The position numbers and the translations under genes were made by a program. From an uncultured Bacilli bacterium (GTDB lineage: Bacteria; Bacillota_I; Bacilli_A; RF39; UBA660): a stretch of DNA of 46,816 nt. Positions 39,380-46,816 of this stretch are shown piece by piece. The notes beneath the pieces are model-generated. The model saw nothing but the letters and a program-made list of their open reading frames with translations. It did no database searches and was not told the DNA's origin. The stretch spans positions 1 through 46,816 of the forward strand of contig CANQFX010000002.1 in the NCBI GenBank assembly GCA_947600015.1. Reading direction: 5' to 3'. Every line of letters begins with the position of its first letter. The first letter of the stretch is position 1.

Positions 39380-39470
39380 TGGCGGAGTAGGAGAGATTTG
39401 AACTCTCGCGCCAGTTGCCCGACCTACACCCTTAGCAGGGGCGCCTCTTCAGCCTCTTGAGTACTGCTCC
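39380..39470 (-). tRNA. tRNA-Ser (anticodon GCU), class II with a long variable arm and encoded CCA
   Basis: The minus strand reads GGAGCAGTACTCAAGAGGCTGAAGAGGCGCCCCTGCTAAGGGTGTAGGTCGGGCAACTGGCGCGAGAGTTCAAATCTCTCCTACTCCGCCA (91 nt). The T arm is GAGAG/CTCTC and the anticodon loop is CUGCUAA. The acceptor stem has a C5:A68 mismatch. Confidence 0.9.
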
Positions 39471-39491
39471 ATATCCAAGTGCGATAAATAA

Positions 39492-39520
39492 ATTTTACAA
39501 TACTTAGCGCACCATGTCAA
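39492..39520 (-). promoter_or_regulatory. Promoter TTGACA-N17-TAAAAT for tRNA-Ser
   Basis: The minus strand reads TTGACATGGTGCGCTAAGTATTGTAAAAT. It ends about 20 nt before the mature tRNA 5' end. Confidence 0.6.
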
Positions 39521-39552
39521 TATTAGTATTAATAATTTTTGCAAGATTATGC

Positions 39553-40425
39553 TTAATTACCTATAATAACATTACGAATATTTTCAATATTTGTTTGCAT
39601 TAAAGTATAATAGTTTTCTTTGTTTTTGCGATCGTCTTCTTTTATTGTGGCCATAACTTTCATTGGTACAGCTTGGGCTTTATAATTATTGATTAAGTTT
39701 GTTGCTATTTCACTTTGTTCTTTATCATCTCTGGTTAGTATATATTTGTATGTGCCATTTTGGAAGTTTTTTTGAATAGTTGCTAAAGAGTTAGGAGTAA
39801 TATTTTCTTCATCTTCTAGAGAAATTACTTGATAACCATATTTTTTATAAAAATTAAAAATATTAGAATCAACTACGAGAGTCGGATTATCAACATTAGC
39901 AGCAATAATTCGCAATTCGGCATCCATTTGCGATACTTCTGTTTTTAGTTCTTTATAATTTTCTTCAATTGTTTCTGTTGCATATTTGCTATTTAATATT
40001 TCCATTAAATTATCTTTGACGGTAGCAGATAACATTAAAAAGTTACTTGGACTTAACCATAATTCTTCAGCCCCATTTTCTAATGCTAAACCATATGAAA
40101 CATCAATTATTTTTAATTTATTATTTTTATTGATTAACTTTTGAGCGATATCTTTTTCATCAGTTAATCCATTATAGATAAAGATACTTCCTAGACTATA
40201 ATCGTTTAATTGTTTATTTGTTAATTTATAATCGGTTGGATTGCTACCATCAGGGAATATTGAACTTATTTCCACATTTTCCCCATATAAAGTATCTGCT
40301 AAAAATTCTATGGGATAAACTGTAGTATAGATTTGTTCTTGCTTTTCCACTAAAATTTTATTTTCACAACTTGCTCCTAAAAATAAAACTCCAATAATAA
40401 CTAATAATCTTAAAAACTTTTTCAC
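39553..40425 (-). CDS. TroA/ZnuA-fold (cluster A-I) substrate-binding lipoprotein homologue lacking the metal-ligand histidines
   Basis: It has a GTG start after AGGAGG and a lipobox (LFLGASC). [12 protein letters not shown]...[11 protein letters not shown] aligns to the ZnuA segment YP.Y.F...G...P.G.EPHDYE, and ELWLSP aligns to DPHxWLSP. No ABC permease or ATPase gene lies adjacent. Confidence 0.6.
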   Translation of the reverse strand: MKKFLRLLVIIGVLFLGASCENKILVEKQEQIYTTVYPIEFLADTLYGENVEISSIFPDGSNPTDYKLTNKQLNDYSLGSIFIYNGLTDEKDIAQKLINKNNKLKIIDVSYGLALENGAEELWLSPSNFLMLSATVKDNLMEILNSKYATETIEENYKELKTEVSQMDAELRIIAANVDNPTLVVDSNIFNFYKKYGYQVISLEDEENITPNSLATIQKNFQNGTYKYILTRDDKEQSEIATNLINNYKAQAVPMKVMATIKEDDRKNKENYYTLMQTNIENIRNVIIGN

Positions 40426-40655
40426 ATTTTTTCCTCCTTTTTAGGTACTGGATCATAACCAAAAGTACCTAGAGGTCGACACCTCAATATTCTTTTGATA
40501 GCTAAGAAACTTCCTTTAAATGCTCCGTAAGTTTCGATTGCTTCAATGGCATAATTAGAACAAGTGGGAGTAAAACGACAACTTTGATGAGAACTTACGG
40601 GAGTAATTTGATATAATTTAATGATTCTAATTAAAAGACGTTTCATTAGCTTCAC
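40422..40655 (-). CDS. yidD: Membrane protein insertion efficiency factor YidD
   Basis: 77 aa with the typical C.F.P(T/S)CS.Y pattern ([37 protein letters not shown]). Its stop overlaps the GTG of the downstream lipoprotein gene (GTGA). Confidence 0.88.
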   Translation of the reverse strand: MKLMKRLLIRIIKLYQITPVSSHQSCRFTPTCSNYAIEAIETYGAFKGSFLAIKRILRCRPLGTFGYDPVPKKEEKM

Positions 40656-40789
40656 CTCTTATAGTTTACTATAAATAGTCATTTTTGTAAAATGGATTCC
40701 ATCTTATTATTTTGGAAAAAATAGTATTTTAAAAATTAAAATAGACCTTAAAGGCCTTTTCTGTTATAATGATTAAAGGTGAAGATAAA

Positions 40790-41437
40790 ATGCATTTTTT
40801 AGATAAATACGGAATTAAATTTCAAAATGAAACATTAATAAATACGGCATTAACGCATAGTTCCTACAGTAATGAACATGGTGGGGAAAACTACGAACGC
40901 CTAGAGTTTTTAGGGGATGCCGTTTTACAAATTATTATGAGTGAATATTTATTTAAAAATACATCTTATCCGGAAGGTAAAATGAGTAAAGTGCGTGCTA
41001 GTTTTGTTTGTGAACAAGCTTTAAGAATTTATTCAGAAGATTTAGGATTAATTCCATTTATAAAAGTAGGGCATGGTGAAGAAAAAAGTATTTCTGATAA
41101 TATTATTGCTGATATTTTTGAAAGTGTTTTAGGAGCAGTTTATTTAGAATTTGGATTAGATAAAGCTAAAGAAATAATCTATGACATTGCTATTCCTTAT
41201 GTTAAAGATAATCATATTTTCTTAGGTGATTATAAATCTTTGCTTCAAGAGTATACGCAAACAACTCGTAATTCTTTAGAGTATGTTTTAATCAAGGAAA
41301 CTGGTCCTTCTCATAATAAACGTTTTGAAGTCATTGTGAAAATTGACGATATAATATATGGCAAGGGTGTAGGAAAAAGTAAAAAAGAAGCTGAACAAAA
41401 TGCAGCTTATGATGCTTATTTAAAAATTGCTAAATAG
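40790..41437 (+). CDS. rnc: Ribonuclease III
   Basis: It has the signature ERLEFLGDAV and a C-terminal dsRBD (PSHNKRFEV...GKGVGKSKKEAEQNAA). The tracked ATG at 40769 lies inside a TGtTATAAT extended -10 (40762..40770), so I prefer the ATG at 40790. Confidence 0.92.
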   Translation: MHFLDKYGIKFQNETLINTALTHSSYSNEHGGENYERLEFLGDAVLQIIMSEYLFKNTSYPEGKMSKVRASFVCEQALRIYSEDLGLIPFIKVGHGEEKSISDNIIADIFESVLGAVYLEFGLDKAKEIIYDIAIPYVKDNHIFLGDYKSLLQEYTQTTRNSLEYVLIKETGPSHNKRFEVIVKIDDIIYGKGVGKSKKEAEQNAAYDAYLKIAK

Positions 41438-41449
41438 GAAGTGATTTAG

Positions 41450-44392
41450 ATGTATCTTAAAAGTATTAAATCGCATGGATTTAAATCTTTTGCTGATATT
41501 ACTGAAATAGATTTAAAAGAAGGAATAACGGGCATTGTTGGTCCTAATGGTAGTGGTAAAAGTAATGTAGTTGATGCAGTTAAATGGGTTTTAGGTGAGC
41601 AATCAATTAAAGCTTTAAGAGCAACTAATTCCATGAGAGATGTTATTTTTGCCGGAAGTAAATCACGAAAAGCTATGAATAGAGCTTATGTGGCTCTAAC
41701 TTTTGATAATAGCGATAAATATTTACATACGGAATTTACAACAGTAGAAGTAAAGCGCGTATTATATAAAACCGGCGAAAACGAATATTTTATTAATAAT
41801 GCTAAAGTGCGCCTTAAGGATATAACTGATTTATTTATTGATAGTGGAGCGGGAAAAGAATCGTTTAATATAATTTCCCAGGGTTCAGTGGCTGATGTAA
41901 TTAATAGTAAACCCGAAGAAAGAAGAGTGATTTTTGAAAGTGCGGCGGGCGTTTTAAAATATAAAAAACGTAAAGAGGAAACAAATCGCAAGCTTTTAAA
42001 AGTAAAGGACAATTTAGAAAAAATTGATTTAATTATTGCCGAACTCGAAGATAATCATCAACATCTAGAACACCAAGCGACAATTGCCCAAGAGTATTTG
42101 ACTAAAAAAGAAGAATTAAAAAATCTCGAGGTTGCTTTAATTGCTCAAGAAATCACGGATATTAATAGCAATTACAAAACTTTAAAAAATGAAGTTGAAA
42201 AATTAAATAAAGAGCTTGAAAATGTTAATTTAGCTAATAATGAAGAAAGCGTTAAGATTGAAAGCTTAAAATTAGAAAATGTGAAAATCGATGAAAAAAT
42301 AGCCTCTGTTAATGAAGAAATTATTGCTTTATCTAAAGAGATAGCTGATTTAAATAGTCAAAAGCAACTAACAATCGAAAGACAAAAATATGAAGCTAAT
42401 TCCTCCTCATTGCAAAACAATTTAATTAATTTAAAAGAAGAAGAATTAACGATTCAAAAAAATATTGAAAATTTAAAAAAAGAGTTAGAAATTCTTCAAA
42501 AAGAGCTAAAAGAAAAAAATAGTAAATATCAAACTATTTTAAAAGAATATCAAACAAAAGTCATGAAAAGTGAAGAATACAATACAAAGCTTCTAAATAA
42601 AAATAAAGAACAATTAAATTTGACCAATCAAATAGAAATATTAGAAAGTAATATTGAAAATAGTGAAAAATTACCATTAGCAGTTAGAGGAGTTTTAAGT
42701 AATCCGCGGCTTACTGGCATTCATAATACAATCGGAAAAATAATTGAAGTTGATGATAAATATGCCACAGCAATCGATATAGCTTTAGGATATTCGGCAA
42801 ATATTATAGTCGTTGATAATGAAAGTAGTGCGAAAGTAGCAATTAATTACTTAAAAGATAACAAATTAGGAAGAGCGACTTTCTTTCCTTTAAATGTTAT
42901 TAAACGAAAATTTATTGATAATACAACAATGAATATTTTAAAAAGTACGCCGGGTTTTATTAATGTTGCTCATAATCTTGTTAAAAATGACCCAATATAT
43001 GTGGAAATAGTCGAAAATCAATTAGGTAATGTTATTATTGTCGATAATATTGACTCTTTAAATAAAATAGGCAAACTCATCAATTATCGCTATCGTATTG
43101 TCTCTTTAGATGGAGAGATTTTACATACAGGTGGCGCTATTTCTGGGGGAACTTTTAAAAATAGTAATAGTACAATTATGCAAAAGGAAAAGCTTAATAA
43201 ATTAAAAAGTACGATGGCTAATATGACGATAGAAATAAATAACATTAATGAAGTAGTTGCTAAAAATGCGGAAGAAGTAAAAAAATGGCATGAAGAAGTT
43301 ACTAAATTAAATAGCGAAGTTATGACAGTTCAAGAAAAGGTTAATCGTAAAAAGATTTCTTTAAATGACTTAGAAGAAAAATATAGAGCTAAACATAATG
43401 AATTTTTAGGGGCTCAAAATATTAAAGACAATAAACTAGACGAAAATTTAAATAAATTATTGGAAGAATATTATCAAAAAACGAGTAATAAGGATTTATT
43501 AGAGAAAGAATTAAATAATTTAAAAGCTCGAAAAAATACTATATTTTTAGAACTAAATGATTTAGAAAAAGCTAATCGTGAAAAAAATAGCAATTATAAT
43601 ACGAAGATTCAAGAGTTAAAAACTAAAGAAATCGAAATAGGAAAAATGGATGTTCATTTAGATAATCTTCTAAATATTTTAAATGAAACATATAATATGA
43701 CATATGAGAAAGCAGTTGCTAGTTATTCCTTAGATGTAGAACAAAATTTAGCAGCGCAAATGGTTACTAAGCTCAAAAAAACTATTTTAAATTACAAAGA
43801 TGTTAATACTGGAGCAATTGAAGAATTTAAACGAGTTCATGAAAGATATTCTTTCTTAACTAATCAAAAAAATGATTTGGAAACTTCTATCGTTAACTTA
43901 GAAAACATTATTACGGAGATGGATAATATAATGGTAGAACGTTTCAGTAAGACGTTTACTAAAATTGAAGTGGAATTTCAAAAAGTTTTTCAAAAGTTAT
44001 TCAAAGGCGGCATGGGGACTTTAAAGTTAACTGATCCTGATAATATGTTGGAAACAGGAATTGAAATTATTGCCGAACCTCCTGGAAAGAAATTAAATTC
44101 TATTGGCCTTTTGTCAGGCGGTGAGAAAACTTTAACTGCAATTTCCTTATTATTTGCGATATTAAATGTTAACCCTGTTCCTTTTGTTATTCTAGATGAA
44201 GTTGAGGCAGCCTTAGATGAAGCTAATGTGGATATGTTTGGTAATTATTTAGCTGAAAAAAAAGATAAAAGTCAATTTATAATTATTACGCATAAGAAAA
44301 AAACTATGGAATTTGCTGATGTCTTATATGGAATTACAATGCAAGAGAGTGGTATTAGTAAATTAGTTAGTGTAAAATTAGAAAACTTATAG
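41450..44392 (+). CDS. smc: Chromosome partition protein SMC (copy 2, intact)
   Basis: 980 aa with Walker A (GPNGSGKSN), long coiled coils, hinge (GRATFFPLN), signature (LSGGEK) and Walker B ([11 protein letters not shown]). It sits directly downstream of rnc, the canonical Bacillota arrangement. Confidence 0.93.
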   Translation: MYLKSIKSHGFKSFADITEIDLKEGITGIVGPNGSGKSNVVDAVKWVLGEQSIKALRATNSMRDVIFAGSKSRKAMNRAYVALTFDNSDKYLHTEFTTVEVKRVLYKTGENEYFINNAKVRLKDITDLFIDSGAGKESFNIISQGSVADVINSKPEERRVIFESAAGVLKYKKRKEETNRKLLKVKDNLEKIDLIIAELEDNHQHLEHQATIAQEYLTKKEELKNLEVALIAQEITDINSNYKTLKNEVEKLNKELENVNLANNEESVKIESLKLENVKIDEKIASVNEEIIALSKEIADLNSQKQLTIERQKYEANSSSLQNNLINLKEEELTIQKNIENLKKELEILQKELKEKNSKYQTILKEYQTKVMKSEEYNTKLLNKNKEQLNLTNQIEILESNIENSEKLPLAVRGVLSNPRLTGIHNTIGKIIEVDDKYATAIDIALGYSANIIVVDNESSAKVAINYLKDNKLGRATFFPLNVIKRKFIDNTTMNILKSTPGFINVAHNLVKNDPIYVEIVENQLGNVIIVDNIDSLNKIGKLINYRYRIVSLDGEILHTGGAISGGTFKNSNSTIMQKEKLNKLKSTMANMTIEINNINEVVAKNAEEVKKWHEEVTKLNSEVMTVQEKVNRKKISLNDLEEKYRAKHNEFLGAQNIKDNKLDENLNKLLEEYYQKTSNKDLLEKELNNLKARKNTIFLELNDLEKANREKNSNYNTKIQELKTKEIEIGKMDVHLDNLLNILNETYNMTYEKAVASYSLDVEQNLAAQMVTKLKKTILNYKDVNTGAIEEFKRVHERYSFLTNQKNDLETSIVNLENIITEMDNIMVERFSKTFTKIEVEFQKVFQKLFKGGMGTLKLTDPDNMLETGIEIIAEPPGKKLNSIGLLSGGEKTLTAISLLFAILNVNPVPFVILDEVEAALDEANVDMFGNYLAEKKDKSQFIIITHKKKTMEFADVLYGITMQESGISKLVSVKLENL

Positions 44393-44427
44393 TATAATAA
44401 GAACAAAAGTTAGGTGGGGGATATATA

Positions 44428-45306
44428 ATGAAGAAAGAGAAAATAATGACAATTAAATATTATGTTATATTAATATTGTTATTGCTTTCTCTTTTTGTTG
44501 CCCTAATTTATGTCAAAAAAGTTTATAGAGTAAAAAATGTAACGAAAGTAAAAATAAAAGAAACAAAGAAAGAAGCGACTCAAGAACCTGAAGCAACTTA
44601 CGAGGATTTGGATGTAAATAGTGATTTAATTAAAGAATTAACAAACAAAGTATCAGGCTTTGATTCTATAAAAGCGGGTAGTTATTATGGCTATTTTTAT
44701 CAAAATAATTATTTGGATTTGAATAGCATTTCTGATGATGCTAAAATTGCTATTGGTATTACGCAAAATGAAAATTTTAAAAGTGATTTTATCAATGCGA
44801 CTTATGAAGCCGCGGCTCCTGATGGTAATAAACTTAATGTCATAATCTTAGCCAAAAAAGAAATTCAAGAGGGCATAAATGATTTTTTTGGTCCAAATAC
44901 AACTTATAAAGATACTAATTTAAAAGATGCCGATAAATATTATTGTGGTTTTTCAGGGTTTAAATTTGATGAAACCCGTAATGTTTATATGAATAATCCA
45001 ATTAGCTGCGCAAATTTTCCGGAAGATTATATTGATACTAAAGTAGTTAAAGCTCAAAAAAAGGGAAAAGTCATAGAATTTATTTTAAAAATAGCTTATA
45101 TAAAATACGAAGTAATTGATACTGATAATGTTATTAAATATGTTTATAAAAGTAATAATTCCGAAAATTATTTGGAAAAACATAATATTTTAACCGATAA
45201 TTCTTATGAGATTACCAATATATTAAATAAACTAGATAGTTTTAAATTTACCTTTAAATTACACAGTAATAATTATTATTATTTTGATAAAGTCGAAAAA
45301 CTCTAA
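44428..45306 (+). CDS. Membrane-anchored extracytoplasmic protein of unknown function
   Basis: 292 aa with a strong RBS (GGTGGGGGA) and one N-terminal TM helix (YYVILILLLLSLFVALIYV). I recognise no motif. Confidence 0.5.
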   Translation: MKKEKIMTIKYYVILILLLLSLFVALIYVKKVYRVKNVTKVKIKETKKEATQEPEATYEDLDVNSDLIKELTNKVSGFDSIKAGSYYGYFYQNNYLDLNSISDDAKIAIGITQNENFKSDFINATYEAAAPDGNKLNVIILAKKEIQEGINDFFGPNTTYKDTNLKDADKYYCGFSGFKFDETRNVYMNNPISCANFPEDYIDTKVVKAQKKGKVIEFILKIAYIKYEVIDTDNVIKYVYKSNNSENYLEKHNILTDNSYEITNILNKLDSFKFTFKLHSNNYYYFDKVEKL

Positions 45307-45339
45307 AAAAAATACCTTTATGTAATAAGGTATATTTTT
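45305..45339. terminator. Bidirectional terminator between convergent genes
   Basis: An A8 run, then the stem ATACCTT/AAGGTAT, then a T run. Confidence 0.55.
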
Positions 45340-45889
45340 ATATTTCGCGCATTTTATCAATATCTTTATATGGATTATTTTTATCGATTCGATCTGTAAA
45401 TAAGATTCCATTTAAATGATCAATTTCATGTTGAAAAGCTACAGCAATATCTTCTCGAACTCTAATTTGATATTCTTGACCATTTTCATCAAAGGCTTGT
45501 ACAGTAATTCGGGCACATCTTGGCACAATGCCTTCTACTTCACGATTGACACTTAAACATCCTTCACCTTCACCAACATATATTAATTCTTCACTTTGAC
45601 TGATAATTTTGGGATTAATCACAACATAGTTTTTAAAACTACCATCTTCTAATTCTTCGACAATAACAAATATTCTTTTGGGAATACCGATTTGAACATA
45701 GGCTAAACCCATGCCGGCTCTTAAATCGTATTTTTCTCTTTCTTCATCTATTTGCGACATGGTTAAATAAGTAATCATATCTTTAATATCTTGTTTTTGT
45801 TTATCGGTTAAAGGAAAAGAAACTTCCGAACTTTTTTGCCTTAATATTTTATTTTTTTCATCAAATATTTTTATTTTCGGTAATTGCAT
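45338..45889 (-). CDS. def: Peptide deformylase (copy 2)
   Basis: It has the motifs GMGLAYVQIG, EGCLS and HEIDHLNG. The ATG at 45889 (MQLPKIKIF) aligns with the copy-1 N-terminus. The tracked 46-aa extension overlaps the divergent gene that starts at 46004. Confidence 0.9.
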   Translation of the reverse strand: MQLPKIKIFDEKNKILRQKSSEVSFPLTDKQKQDIKDMITYLTMSQIDEEREKYDLRAGMGLAYVQIGIPKRIFVIVEELEDGSFKNYVVINPKIISQSEELIYVGEGEGCLSVNREVEGIVPRCARITVQAFDENGQEYQIRVREDIAVAFQHEIDHLNGILFTDRIDKNNPYKDIDKMREI

Positions 45890-46003
45890 AAATATCACCA
45901 ACCACGCCAATATTTTAACAAAAATCTGATAATAAAGCAAATAAGGTATATTGCTTTTTTCATTATTATAAGATAATATTTTTATAAAGTGGGTGATTTT
46001 AAG

Positions 46004-46816
46004 ATGGCTTTTTGTAATGATTATCACTTTTTAGAAGGGGTACGAATTATATCATTTATTATAACGGTTTTAAGAATAGTTATTCCAATTCTTTTAATTG
46101 GTTTTGGAACATATGATTATTTCCAAACTGTAATAAATCCTGATAAAGCGTCTGCTACTGAAAAAACAAAATCTTTTGTATTTCGTTTAATAAGTGCTTT
46201 TATGATTTTTATTTTACCAACTATAATCAATCTGGTATTTTCTGTAGTTAGTAATTTTGGCGGATCAATGTTAGTCTTAAATGATTGTTTAAAAAATGCA
46301 AATAAGGGATATATTGAACAACTGAAAATTGCTAGTAAAAAACAATTAGAAGAATATGAACAAACAGGACAAAATTATCAATCCAAATATAATCCTGAAA
46401 AATATAAAAATGTAGGAAAAAACGGCGAATTATTAGAGGTAGCTGATAGGTTATGGAAACAAATAGTTAATGGTAATTTTACCTATGGGGGAACCCCAAT
46501 TCCGCCTACAACAACAGTTGATTGTAGTGCATTTGTGACATGGGTGTTAAATGAATATGGCTATGCCGACGAATTTTCTTATCAGCATAATACAGCAAAT
46601 TTTAAGGAAACCAATTGGCAAGAAAAATTTGGTTGGGAAGAAATAGCCGTATCAGCAAATGAAGATGTTACCGCCAAGTTGAAAGCAGGCGATATATTAG
46701 TTAGAGACACAGGTGGGGCTGGACACATGAATATTATTGCTTCTGTTGAGGCAGATGGTACAGTGATGGCGTACGATTGTGGTAGTGCAAGTAATTGGAA
46801 AAATTCCGATGGAGGG
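46004..46816 (+). CDS. Membrane-anchored NlpC/P60- or CHAP-like cysteine peptidase (partial, runs off the window end)
   Basis: My hand translation is open from the ATG at 46004 to the window end (271 codons). It reads MAFCNDYHFLEGVRIISFIITVLRIVIPILLIGFG...(2-3 TM helices)...TYGGTPIPPTTTVDCSAFVTWVLNEYGY...AGDILVRDTGGAGHMNIIAS. This gives a Cys...His arrangement typical of papain-like cell-wall hydrolases. Confidence 0.55.
   Translation, partial: MAFCNDYHFLEGVRIISFIITVLRIVIPILLIGFGTYDYFQTVINPDKASATEKTKSFVFRLISAFMIFILPTIINLVFSVVSNFGGSMLVLNDCLKNANKGYIEQLKIASKKQLEEYEQTGQNYQSKYNPEKYKNVGKNGELLEVADRLWKQIVNGNFTYGGTPIPPTTTVDCSAFVTWVLNEYGYADEFSYQHNTANFKETNWQEKFGWEEIAVSANEDVTAKLKAGDILVRDTGGAGHMNIIASVEADGTVMAYDCGSASNWKNSDGG

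Noticed and set aside
31281-39552. A clear compositional boundary, or att direct repeats, marking a genomic island at the tRNA-Ser
   Set aside because: By eye, GC content and CpG frequency on the two sides are not convincingly different. I could not find a second copy of the tRNA 3' end in the window. The question needs computation and flanking sequence, so it is kept only as a hypothesis in the findings.
45890-46027. N-terminal extensions in tracked ORFs: def2 to 46027, sepF to 7068, rpsO to 17650, the lipoprotein to 7760, def1 from 27740, rnc from 40769, CPBP from 17815, pgi to 13977
   Set aside because: Internal ATG codons are preceded by better RBSs and match the conserved N-termini of the families. 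The def2 extension overlaps the divergent gene at 46004, and the rnc extension starts inside its own -10 element.
1-46816. CRISPR arrays, IS elements or transposases, integrases, and prophage structural genes
   Set aside because: I saw no regularly spaced direct repeats and no ORF with transposase, integrase or recombinase motifs on either strand. The only mobile-DNA-flavoured genes are the Bro-N/DinD-like protein and the partial NlpC/P60-like protein.
1-46816. Mollicutes-type genetic code (TGA = Trp), suggested by the low GC and the short SMC
   Set aside because: Long, motif-complete ORFs terminate cleanly at TGA (for example 545..547 and yidD). Trp is encoded by TGG in conserved positions such as KWVLGEQ, so the standard code fits.

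Overview
This is a low-GC (roughly 30%) Bacillota-type chromosomal segment using the standard genetic code. The taxon call (Erysipelotrichia/Clostridia-like) is my inference from gene content and the short, ~980-aa SMC proteins. From 1 to 39.5 kb almost everything is on the minus strand and is mostly housekeeping: rluB, sepF-divIVA, asnS, pgi, pnp-rpsO, dnaI, comEA-comEC, a SEDS protein, def, and a tRNA-Ser. The rest of the window, 39.5-46.8 kb, holds a TroA-like lipoprotein, yidD, rnc, smc, a membrane-anchored unknown, def and a partial NlpC/P60-like gene.

I found no CRISPR array, transposase, integrase or recognisable defence system. The main points are:

- **Two smc-def blocks.** There are two diverged smc + convergent def blocks in inverted orientation. 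One smc (28332..31280) is broken by a single in-frame TAA. The other (41450..44392) is intact and sits in the canonical rnc-smc context.
- **What lies between them.** A 2549-aa cyclic-beta-1,2-glucan-synthase-like gene and a tRNA-Ser(GCU) whose acceptor stem has a C5:A68 mismatch. This fits either a real recombination or integration junction, or an assembly chimera. The sequence alone cannot decide.
- **Likely phase-variable promoter.** A G11 tract lies in the spacer of a near-consensus promoter for a secreted protein. A decayed second copy of that same terminator-promoter-5'CDS cassette lies about 29 kb away.
- **Unexplained gene pair.** A HerA-like ATPase and a small kinase-like gene sit next to sepF-divIVA.
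- **Smaller items.** An A8 frameshift in a TPR-like gene, a probable ATT start for comEA, an untracked YjcZ-like small ORF, and three enzyme-family homologues whose catalytic or ligand motifs are degenerate.
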